Assembly (NCBI GenBank): GCA_963708025.1
Contig: CAVPSB010000006.1
Location: 1 to 15,783 of the forward strand
Reading direction: 5' to 3'
Length of the DNA: 15,783 nucleotides
From: an uncultured Candidatus Rokubacteria bacterium
GTDB lineage: Bacteria; Methylomirabilota; Methylomirabilia; Rokubacteriales; DASRDR01
How positions within the stretch are numbered: position 1 is the stretch's first letter; each line of letters opens with the position of its first letter. The position numbers and the translations under genes were made by a program. The notes under the pieces were generated by a model, which searched no databases, was not told the DNA's origin, and worked only from the letters and a program-made list of their open reading frames with translations. Below are positions 7,280 through 15,181 of the stretch, piece after piece.

Positions 7280-7758
7280 GCCCGGCGGCGCTGTTGACCG
7301 TCGCCCGGGACGTGCTCGGCTTGCGGCTGATCGCCACGCTCGCGACCCTGGCCGAGGACGGCTCGCTCTACGCGGTGCCGATGTGGTTCCGGTGGGACGG
7401 GACGTCGGTGCTCATCTGCACCTCGGCCCGGACCCGCAAGATCCGGAACCTGCGTCGGAACCCCCGGGCGACGGTCATGGTGGACCAGTGCCGGGGCGGC
7501 ATGGAGGTCCGCGGGGTCATGCTGGTGGGCTCGGCCGAGATCATCGAGGGCACGGAGGCGCGAGAGCTGAACCGGTCGATCCATCTCCGGTACGTGACGG
7601 CCCAGGGTCTGGCCCTCCCGGAGGTGCGCGGCTACCTCGACACCGACGACGTGACGGTTCGCGTGCGACCGGATCGCGTGACCACCTGGGACCTCACCGC
7701 GTCGCCGGCGAGCCGAGCGCTCGTGCGCGCCGGTCTCGCGCTGCCGCTCGACGGATGA
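7276..7758 (+). CDS. Pyridoxamine 5'-phosphate oxidase-like split-barrel flavin/deazaflavin-binding protein, 160 aa
   Basis: GTGA overlap with the upstream stop. Motifs ATLATLAEDGSLYAVPMWF, RKIRNLRRNPRATVMVD, RGVMLVGSAE and VRPDRVTTWD. Confidence 0.88.
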   Translation: MSPAALLTVARDVLGLRLIATLATLAEDGSLYAVPMWFRWDGTSVLICTSARTRKIRNLRRNPRATVMVDQCRGGMEVRGVMLVGSAEIIEGTEARELNRSIHLRYVTAQGLALPEVRGYLDTDDVTVRVRPDRVTTWDLTASPASRALVRAGLALPLDG

Positions 7759-8787
7759 GCGCGCGGGCGGCTGGCCGGAGGCCCGGAAGCGCGGAACGTC
7801 ACCGTCGCGTGCGGCTTCACGTTCAACAACTGCCGGAAGTACGACCAGGTCTTCTGGATCACGCCGGAGCGATACGCGGCGGCCACCCGGCGCCATCCCG
7901 CCCTCGCCCGCCGGGTCGATGCCACCATCGGCTGGGACCTCGAAGGCTTCGACGAGGCTCTGAAGACGGCCGACGTCCTGGTGGGGTGGGAGTTCGATCG
8001 CCGGAACCTGGCAGCCCGCGCGCCCCGGCTCCGATGGATCCACCTCACCGGCGCCGGCATCGAGCACGTCCTCCCGCTCACCTGGCTGCCCCCGGGCGCG
8101 GTGCTGACCAACAACAGCGGGGTCCACGCGCCGAAGGCGGGGGAGTTCGCCGCCACCGCCATCCTCATGCTGAACAACCGCATCCCGTTCCACGTGACGA
8201 ACCAGCGTCGGGCGTGGTGGGAGCAGCGGTTCAACGGAACCGTCACCGGCAAGACGCTGGTGATCGTCGGGGTCGGGGCGATGGGCGGCGCCGCGGCGCG
8301 ACGCGCCAAGGCGCTCGGGATGCGTGTGCTGGGAGTGCGGCGCAGCGGGCGGTCGCACCCGAGCGTCGATCGGATGTTCGGCCCCGAGGAGCTGGACCGG
8401 CTGCTTCCGCGGGCGGACTTCGTCCTCGTCACCGCTCCGCTGACGTCGCAGACGCGCGGCCTGGTGGGAGGGAAGCAGCTCGACCTGATGAAGGCGGAGG
8501 CCGGGTTGATCAACATGGGCCGGGCCGGGGTCGTGGACTACGCTGCCCTCGCCGACAAGCTCGGCCGGGGGGAGATCGCCGGCGCCGTCCTCGACGTCTT
8601 CGACCCCGAGCCGCTGCCGGCGGACTCGCCCCTGTGGGGCACCCCGAACCTGATCATGACGCCCCACGTGTCCTCGGACGCCCCCAACTACGCGGACCGG
8701 ACCCTGGACCTGTGCTTCCGGAACCTGCAGCGGTACCTGGCCGGACAGCCGCTGCACAACGTGGTGGACTCGACGCGCGAATACTGA
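7755..8787 (+). CDS. D-isomer-specific 2-hydroxyacid dehydrogenase, ~343 aa; apparent frameshift between 7758 and ~7825
   Basis: Motifs LRWIHLTGAG, IVGVGAMG, INMGR, LDVFDPEPLP and TPHVS. The catalytic frame is open from 7759 but has no ATG/GTG/TTG until 7981, while ATG7755 (ATGA-coupled to the upstream stop) is in another frame. Confidence 0.85.
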
Positions 8788-8819
8788 TGCCGCGCCGGGC
8801 CGCCGGAAGGAGAGACGAG

Positions 8820-9995
8820 ATGAGAAGGGCACGCAGCCTCGCGTACCTCGCGCTCATGGCGATCGTGGTCTGCCCGCCGGCCGGGTGGGCGGCCGACCCG
8901 GGCGTCAAGGACTCGGAGATCGTCGTCGGCCAGTGGGCCGCGATGACCGGCCCGGTGGCCCACCTCGGCACGTCGACGCGCGACGCCTTCCAGATCACGA
9001 TCAACGAGGTGAACGCCGCCGGCGGCGTGCACGGGCGGAAGATCCGGGTGATCGCGTATGACGACGCCGGCTCGCCGCAGGAAGCCCTGGCGGCCGTCCG
9101 CCGGCTGATCCATCAGGACCAGGTCTTCGCCCTGGTGATCGGCTCCACCAGCGGCGCCACGCTGCCCGTGATCCCGCTCATCACCCAGGCGAAGGTCCCC
9201 TTCATCTCTGGCACGTCCTCCAACGTGCGCTTGCTGCAGCCACACAGCCCGTACATCTTCCGCCCGTACCCGAACGACACCTGGCAGGGCTACCGGCTGA
9301 TGGACTACATCGTGGAGAAGGGGGGCAGCAAGCGGCCGGCGATCCTGTACGTGAGCGACGACTACGGCAAGGGTGGCTACGAGCTGGTCGGCAAGCGGCT
9401 GGAGGAGAAGCACAAGCTGAAGCTGGTGGCGGCGGAGCAGTACAACAAGGGAGACCAGGATTTCAGCGCGCAGCTCTTGCGGATCAAGCAGGCGAATCCG
9501 GACAGCGTGCAGATCTGGGCTTTCGCGCCGGACGCGGCGATCATCGTCCGCCAGGCCAAGGAGCTCGGGATCACGGCGCCGCTCTACGGCTCGGCATCGA
9601 CGGCGACCCCCCTCTTCCCGAAGGGCGCCGGCCCGGTCGGCGTCGGCTTCATGGCGAACTACCCGTTGCCCTACCTGCCCGAGTCCACGACCGTGCCGGC
9701 CGTGGTGAAGTACCGCGAGGCGCTGCAGAAGGTCTACCCGTCCGGGATGCCGGCCGGCCGACCCTCGCTATACGATTTCCTGGGCGTGGGCGCGGCGAAG
9801 GTCCTGATCGAGGGCCTGCAGCGAGCGGGTCGCGACGTGACGCGCGACAAGCTGATCGCGGCGCTGGAAACGCTGAAGGACTTCGACCCCGGGCTGAGCC
9901 TGCCGGTGACGTTTACGAAAGACAGCCACGAGGGGAGCACCGAGGTGCGGATGCTCCGGGTCAACGAGAAGGTGGAGTGGGAGGCGGTCCCCTAG
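8820..9995 (+). CDS. ABC transporter substrate-binding protein, LivK/Peripla_BP_6 type, 391 aa
   Basis: AAGGAG RBS before ATG8820. Signal peptide ending near GWA-ADP; motifs NAAGGVHGRKI, YDDAGSP, DDYGKGG and DFSAQLLRIKQANPD. Confidence 0.92.
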   Translation: MRRARSLAYLALMAIVVCPPAGWAADPGVKDSEIVVGQWAAMTGPVAHLGTSTRDAFQITINEVNAAGGVHGRKIRVIAYDDAGSPQEALAAVRRLIHQDQVFALVIGSTSGATLPVIPLITQAKVPFISGTSSNVRLLQPHSPYIFRPYPNDTWQGYRLMDYIVEKGGSKRPAILYVSDDYGKGGYELVGKRLEEKHKLKLVAAEQYNKGDQDFSAQLLRIKQANPDSVQIWAFAPDAAIIVRQAKELGITAPLYGSASTATPLFPKGAGPVGVGFMANYPLPYLPESTTVPAVVKYREALQKVYPSGMPAGRPSLYDFLGVGAAKVLIEGLQRAGRDVTRDKLIAALETLKDFDPGLSLPVTFTKDSHEGSTEVRMLRVNEKVEWEAVP

Positions 9996-9997
9996 CA

Positions 9998-10049
9998 GCC
10001 GGACGTGCGGGACGTGAATCCCGGCTAGGCGCATGTCCGGCGTAGCCGG
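9998..10049 (+). other. Intergenic stem-loop(s) immediately after the SBP gene
   Basis: GCCGGACGTGCG (9998-10009) pairs with CGCATGTCCGGC (10030-10041) with one G-U. An alternative pairing is CCGGCTA (10021-10027) with TAGCCGG (10043-10049). No U-tract. Confidence 0.5.
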
Positions 10050-10125
10050 CGCTCGAATCCACCCGTTCCGTGCGAGCGCCGGCTTCGCCGGTGGCCCACC
10101 CACCCAGCCCGAAAGGGGGGGAGAA

Positions 10126-10153
10126 TCGGGGAGGTCGTCCGAGACCCCCCCGA
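10126..10153 (-). repeat. REP-like GC-rich palindromic element, copy B
   Basis: Minus strand reads TCGGGGGGGTC-TCGGAC-GACCTCCCCGA, matching copy A in stem and loop. Confidence 0.7.
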
Positions 10154-10163
10154 AGATCTAGCG

Positions 10164-11035
10164 GTGCTCTTCTTTTCACAGGTCATCGTCAGCGGGCTGA
10201 CCTCGGGAGCCTGTACGCCTTGACCGCCCTCGGCTTCGCCATCATCTTCCGGGCGACGGGGGTGGTCAACTTCGCCCAGGGCGAGATGATGATGATCGGC
10301 GCCATGTTCGCCCTCGTCCTGTTCCGCGACTACCGACTCGGCTACGTCGCGTCCTTCCTCCTGGCGCTGGGGGCGGCCTGGATCTTCGGCGCGCTCGTGG
10401 AGCGGGTGGCGTATCGCCCGCTCCTCGACGCGCCGGTCTTCACGGTGATCCTCTCCACGGTCGCCGTCGGCCAGATCCTGCGGAGCGGCGTGCGGATCGT
10501 CCGGGGTGACGAGCTGTCGCTCTTCCCCCCGATCCTGAGCGGGCAGCCGTTCACGGTGCTGGGGATCAGCCTGACGCTGCTGAACATCGGCATCGTGGTG
10601 ATCTCGTTGCTCTTCCTCGCCGGGTTCATCGCCTTCTTCCGGTGGACGCGGATCGGGTGGGCCATGCGGGCGACCGCCCAGAACAAGGAGGCGGCGGCGC
10701 TGGTCGGCGTGAGCGTCCCGATGGTGTTCTCGGTGTCGTGGGGCATCAGCGCCGCCCTGGCCGCCGCGGCCGGGATCCTGGTGGCGCCGCTCATCACCAT
10801 CACGCCGGACATGGGCGTCATCGGTATCAAGGGGTTCATCGCGGCCATCATGGGCGGCTACAACACGCTCTCCGGCGCCGTCGTGGGGGGGTTCCTCCTG
10901 GGGGTGCTCGAGAACTTGGCCGGGGTGTACATCTCCAGCACGTTCAAGGACGTGGTCACGTTCGGCGCGTTGATCGCGATGGTGATCGTGCGGCCCGCCG
11001 GCCTCCTGGGAACGCCGGCGACCCGGCGCGTATGA
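10164..11035 (+). CDS. livH: Branched-chain amino acid-type ABC permease (LivH-like), ~290 aa; apparent frameshift at ~10201
   Basis: GTG10164 gives MLFFSQVIVSGLT; adding one C joins it to LGSLYALTALGFAIIFRATGVVNFAQG, the typical LivH N-terminus. TRIGWAMRATAQN and RPAGLLG are also present. Confidence 0.88.
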
Positions 11036-12021
11036 CGCGACGGTCGCTGGTCCGGGCGTCCGGATGGAGTGCGGCCATCGCGGCCTTCGCCGGGTTGCCG
11101 CTGGTCCTGCCGGTCTATCACCAGTTCGTGCTGAGCCTGACGCTGGTGAACGCGATCGCCGCCATGGGCGTCAACCTGAGCATGGGGTATGCCGGGCAGG
11201 TCTCGATCGGGCACGCCGGGTTCGTCGCCATCGGCGCCTACACGGCGGCCATCCTCATGACCAAGGTGGCGGCGCCGTACTGGCTGACGCTGCCGCTGGG
11301 GGGCGCGCTCGCCGCGCTCTTCGGCTTCCTGATCGGCCTCCCCGCGCTCCGGCTGAGCCATCTCTACATCGGCATGGTGACGTTCGGCTTCGGGCAGGCG
11401 ATCGGCTTCATCGCCCTGAACTGGGTCGCCCTGACCAACGGGCCGAACGGCCTCGCGGTGCCACCGATCACGCTCGGCTCGTTCATGTTCTCACCGGACA
11501 CCTTCTACTACGTGATCGCGGCGGCGTTTCTGGTGCTGCTGTGGGTGGCAAGGAACCTGGTCGGGTCGCGGGTGGGGCGCTGCTTCCTGGCGATCCGGGA
11601 GAGCGAGACGGCGGCCGAGGCCATGGGCGTGAACCTCGTCCGGTACAAGACGATGGCCTTCGCCGTGGGCGCCGCCTACGCTGGCCTGGCCGGCGCCCTG
11701 TACGCCGGGCTCTCGCAGTTCGTCAACCCGGACGCGTTCGTGTTCCTGGTCTCGGTGCTGTACCTGACGATGAACGTGGTGGGCGGCATGGGCACGCTGG
11801 CCGGGCCGCTCGTCGGTGCGGTCATCTTCACGCTGATGCCGGAGTTGCTGCGCACCTTCGCGGAGTACAAGGAGCTGCTCTCGGGCGCGCTGCTCCTGGG
11901 CTTCCTGGTGTTCTTCCCCCGGGGGGTGGTCGGGATCGTGGAGCCGGCGGTGGCCCGTCTGTGGCGGTGGTCCGGGAAGCCGGCGCCGCTGACGGCGTCG
12001 TCGGTCGGCGATGAAGCCTGA
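11032..12021 (+). CDS. livM: Branched-chain amino acid-type ABC permease (LivM-like), 329 aa
   Basis: ATGA overlap with the upstream stop. Motifs GYAGQVSIGHAGF, LTNGPNG, AIRESETAAEAMGVN and VVGGMGTLAGP. Confidence 0.92.
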   Translation: MTRRSLVRASGWSAAIAAFAGLPLVLPVYHQFVLSLTLVNAIAAMGVNLSMGYAGQVSIGHAGFVAIGAYTAAILMTKVAAPYWLTLPLGGALAALFGFLIGLPALRLSHLYIGMVTFGFGQAIGFIALNWVALTNGPNGLAVPPITLGSFMFSPDTFYYVIAAAFLVLLWVARNLVGSRVGRCFLAIRESETAAEAMGVNLVRYKTMAFAVGAAYAGLAGALYAGLSQFVNPDAFVFLVSVLYLTMNVVGGMGTLAGPLVGAVIFTLMPELLRTFAEYKELLSGALLLGFLVFFPRGVVGIVEPAVARLWRWSGKPAPLTASSVGDEA

Positions 12022-12802
12022 GCCCGGGCTGCTGCGGGTGGAGGGCGTCTCGCTCCGGTTCGGAGGACTCCGGGCGCTGCAGGACGTGAGCCTGAGCGTG
12101 GCCCGCGACGAGATCGTCGGCTTGATCGGACCCAACGGCGCCGGGAAGACGAGCCTGTTCAACCTCATCACGCGGCTCTACACCCCGGATCAGGGCCGGC
12201 TGTGGTTCGACGGCCGGGATGCGCTGTCCTGGGCGCCCCACCAGGTGATCGGTCAGGGCATCGCCCGCACGTTCCAGAACCTGCTCCTGTTCAACGGGCT
12301 GAGCGTGATGGACAACGTGATGATCGGCGCCCACACACACATGCGGGCCGGTCTCCTGCACTGCGCCTTGCGGCTTCCGCTCAGCACGCGCGAGGATGGG
12401 TCGATGCGCGGCTGGTGCGCGGAGGTCCTGAAGGTCGTGGGCCTCGAGGGGGTCGCGGCCCACACGGCGCGGAACCTCCCCTTCGGGCACCAGCGGCTGC
12501 TCGAGCTGGCCCGGGCGCTGGCCAGCCGTCCACGGCTGCTGCTGCTCGACGAGCCGGGGGCCGGGCTGAATGCCGAAGAGCTCGACGGGCTGACGGCCGT
12601 GATCCACCGGGTCCGGCGCGACCTGGGGCTCAGCATCCTGCTGATCGGGCACACCATGCGGCTCGTGCTGGGAATCTCGGAGCGAGTCGTCGTGCTCGAC
12701 CACGGGGTGAAGATCGCGGAGGGCACCCCGGCCGAGATCCGCTCGGACCCCGTCGTCATCGGCGCCTACCTGGGAAAGGCCGGAGCCGGTGCTGCGCCTT
12801 GA
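12011..12802 (+). CDS. livG: ABC ATP-binding protein (LivG-like), 263 aa
   Basis: Motifs FGGLRAL, Walker A GPNGAGKT, IARTFQN, LPFGHQR, Walker B LLLLDEP and VIGAYLG. Confidence 0.93.
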   Translation: MKPEPGLLRVEGVSLRFGGLRALQDVSLSVARDEIVGLIGPNGAGKTSLFNLITRLYTPDQGRLWFDGRDALSWAPHQVIGQGIARTFQNLLLFNGLSVMDNVMIGAHTHMRAGLLHCALRLPLSTREDGSMRGWCAEVLKVVGLEGVAAHTARNLPFGHQRLLELARALASRPRLLLLDEPGAGLNAEELDGLTAVIHRVRRDLGLSILLIGHTMRLVLGISERVVVLDHGVKIAEGTPAEIRSDPVVIGAYLGKAGAGAAP

Positions 12803-13496
12803 CGACGTCCGGGCCTCCTACGGGAGCATCCGGGCGCTCCAGGGGATCACGGTCGAGGTGCCGGCCGGCGCCGTCGTCACCATCCTGGGTGCGAACGGCG
12901 CCGGCAAGACCACGACCCTCCGGACCGTCACGGGCCTCCTGCGCCCCGATCGTGGGACCATCACGTACGAGGGGCGGCGGATCGACGGCCTCGCGCCGGA
13001 TCGGATCGTGCGGCTGGGGATCTCCATGGTGCCCGAGCGTCGCGAGCTGTTCTCGGAGATGACGGTCGCCGAGAATCTCAAGATGGGAGCGTACTCGCGC
13101 CGGGACCGGGGCGCGATCGCCGCCGACCTCGAGGGAGTCTTCGTCCTCTTCGGCGACCTGCGCGAGCGGCGGCGCCAGGTGGCGGCCTCTCTGAGCGGAG
13201 GGCAGCAGCAGATGCTGGCCATCGGGCGGGCCTTGATGGCCCGGCCCCGGCTGCTACTGCTCGACGAGCCGACCCTGGGGCTGGCCCCGCTGCTGGTGCA
13301 GCGGATCTTCGAGGCGATCGGCGAGATCAGCCGATCGGGCGTGACGATCCTGCTGGTGGAGCAGAATGCCCACCGGGCGCTCCCGATGTCGCGATTCGCC
13401 TACGTGCTGGAGACCGGGCGGGTGGTGGTGAGCGGCGCCAGCAACGACCTCATCTCCGATCCCCGGGTGAAGCAATCGTACCTGGGAGAGATCTGA
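12789..13496 (+). CDS. livF: ABC ATP-binding protein (LivF-like), 235 aa
   Basis: Motifs GANGAGKT, VPERRELF, LSGGQQQM, LLLLDEPTLGLAP, LLVEQN and SYLG. Confidence 0.94.
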   Translation: MLRLDDVRASYGSIRALQGITVEVPAGAVVTILGANGAGKTTTLRTVTGLLRPDRGTITYEGRRIDGLAPDRIVRLGISMVPERRELFSEMTVAENLKMGAYSRRDRGAIAADLEGVFVLFGDLRERRRQVAASLSGGQQQMLAIGRALMARPRLLLLDEPTLGLAPLLVQRIFEAIGEISRSGVTILLVEQNAHRALPMSRFAYVLETGRVVVSGASNDLISDPRVKQSYLGEI

Positions 13497-13525
13497 GAGC
13501 GTGTGAAGGAATAGGTCCTCCGACT

Positions 13526-13577
13526 CCCCCCTCCCCCCGGTGGGTGGGGGAGGGGGGTTGGGGGGGTGGGCGGGGGG
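13526..13577 (+). repeat. C-tract/G-tract palindrome plus G-run cluster in the livF-ubiD intergenic region
   Basis: CCCCCCTCCCCC (13526-13537) pairs with GGGGGAGGGGGG (13546-13557). Six G-runs of 3-7 nt lie between 13542 and 13577. Confidence 0.6.
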
Positions 13578-13605
13578 TCCCGAACTGAGCCGACCGGGGG
13601 AGCCG

Positions 13606-14949
13606 ATGCAAGACCTGCGGTCCTTTCTGGAGGTGTTGAGCAAGCGGGGCGAGCTGCGGGAGGTCACGCGGAGGCTGGATCCCCGCCTGATGGCCGGGCT
13701 CCTGGGACCCAGCGAGGCGGCGCTCCTCTTCAGCGACCTCGCCGGGTACCCGGGCGTACGGGCGGTCGGACAGGTGATGGCCACCCGCGACCGTTGCGCG
13801 TTCGCCATGGGCGCCGACCCCGCGCGGGCCCCGTGGCGCTTCATGGAGGCCCTGAAGCGGCCGGTCGAGCCCGAGATCGTGGCCGACGGCCCGGTGCTCG
13901 AGCACCGCTACAGCGGCCCCGGCCAGGTGGACCTCACCATGCTGCCGATCCCACTCCTGCACCAGGAAGACGGGGGCCCGTACATGACGGCCGGCCTGGT
14001 GGTGTCGGAGGACCCGGCCGAGGGGCGGAACGTCGGGTGCTACCGGCTCATGTACCGGACGCCTACCACCACCGGGATCGACCTGGTCTCCAACAGCGAC
14101 CTCTCGACCCGCTACCGGCGCGCGCTCGCCCGCGGCGAATCCCTGCCGATCGCGATCGCCATCGGGACGCACCCGTGCGATGCCATGGCGGCGGCGTACG
14201 CCGCCTCGGTGGGCACCGACGAGTTCACGATCGCCGGGGCCCTGAAGGGGGAGCCGGTCCCGCTGGTGCGGCTCCCGCTGACCGGGTTCGCGGTCCCGGC
14301 CTACGCCGAGGTCGCGATGGAGGCCGAGCTGCTCCCGACCGGCTGGACGGAGCCGGAAGGCCCCTTCGGCGAGTTCCAGCGGCTGCAGGGCGGCGTCCAT
14401 CTCAACCCCATCGTCCGCTTCAACGCCATCTACCACCGCAACCATCCGATCTTCCACGTGGTCACCCACCCGTGGGAGGGTGGGTGGGCGATGAATTCCA
14501 TCCCGATGGAGGTGAGCTGCCTGGAGGCGCTCAGCGCCGCCCGCGTCCAGACGGTGGCGATCAACATGCCGAAGGGCGGCGTCTGCTTCGACGTGGTGGC
14601 GGCGATCCGCAAGAAGCCGGGCCAGGGGAAGCTGGCCGTGATGGCGTTGCTCTCCACGACCATCATCAAGCACGCCATCGTGGTCAACGAGGACATCGAC
14701 ATCTTCGATCCGGTGGACGTCCAGTGGGCGGTGGCGACGCGGGTCCAGGCCGATCGCGACATCATCGTGGTCCCGGACTGCCGGGGCAAGCCGCTCGATC
14801 CGACCGCCACGTTCGCCGGCACGCCGCAGGCCCTGGCCAGCCGGTGGGGCATCGACGCCACCATCCCCGACGGGCGCGATCCGGAGGCGTTCCGGAAGTT
14901 CGCGTACACCTTCCCCGACACCCGGCTGGATGACCACGTCGAGCCATGA
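13606..14949 (+). CDS. UbiD-family prFMN-dependent (de)carboxylase, 447 aa
   Basis: GGGGGAG RBS before ATG13606. Motifs DLRSFLEVL, VDLTMLPIP, DGGPYMTAG, NVGCYR (catalytic Arg), EGPFGEF (Glu pair), VVNEDIDIFD, WAVATRVQADRD and WGIDAT. Confidence 0.94.
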   Translation: MQDLRSFLEVLSKRGELREVTRRLDPRLMAGLLGPSEAALLFSDLAGYPGVRAVGQVMATRDRCAFAMGADPARAPWRFMEALKRPVEPEIVADGPVLEHRYSGPGQVDLTMLPIPLLHQEDGGPYMTAGLVVSEDPAEGRNVGCYRLMYRTPTTTGIDLVSNSDLSTRYRRALARGESLPIAIAIGTHPCDAMAAAYAASVGTDEFTIAGALKGEPVPLVRLPLTGFAVPAYAEVAMEAELLPTGWTEPEGPFGEFQRLQGGVHLNPIVRFNAIYHRNHPIFHVVTHPWEGGWAMNSIPMEVSCLEALSAARVQTVAINMPKGGVCFDVVAAIRKKPGQGKLAVMALLSTTIIKHAIVVNEDIDIFDPVDVQWAVATRVQADRDIIVVPDCRGKPLDPTATFAGTPQALASRWGIDATIPDGRDPEAFRKFAYTFPDTRLDDHVEP

Positions 14950-14961
14950 GCGGAGGCGATG

Positions 14962-15168
14962 ATGAGCGAGACGCGTAGACTGCAGCTGGCCCGACGGATC
15001 CAGGCGCTGCTGGCCGAACGCCCCGTCTCGGTGTACGAACTGCTCCGGGCGCTCCCGGACGAGGACTACCGGACCATCTTGCAGGCCTGGGGAGACGTGC
15101 GCACCCAGGTGGCTCTGGTCCCGGATGTGCACGGACGCTACAGCGTGCGGCCGGCAGCCGGGTCCTAG
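14962..15168 (+). CDS. Small hypothetical protein, 68 aa (69 aa from ATG14959)
   Basis: GGAGG RBS at 14952-14956. Fits the gap between ubiD and the next gene; amphipathic helical pattern. Confidence 0.7.
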   Translation: MSETRRLQLARRIQALLAERPVSVYELLRALPDEDYRTILQAWGDVRTQVALVPDVHGRYSVRPAAGS

Positions 15169-15181
15169 GAAGGAGGACGAC

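Noticed and set aside
7383-9995. 870-aa ORF as a large fusion protein
   Set aside because: Only 8820-9995 is protein-like, with its own RBS and signal peptide. The rest is a shadow frame over the PNPOx-like and dehydrogenase genes.
159-10205. Programmed ribosomal frameshifting as the explanation for the four frame breaks
   Set aside because: No canonical slippery heptamers are present, the breaks fall in unrelated gene families, and three are single-base losses in short G/C runs, which fits sequencing error better.
12640-12660. LivG H-loop reads IGHTM rather than the usual IEHDM, suggesting an inactive ATPase
   Set aside because: The His itself, Walker A and Walker B are intact, so there is no good evidence of lost function.
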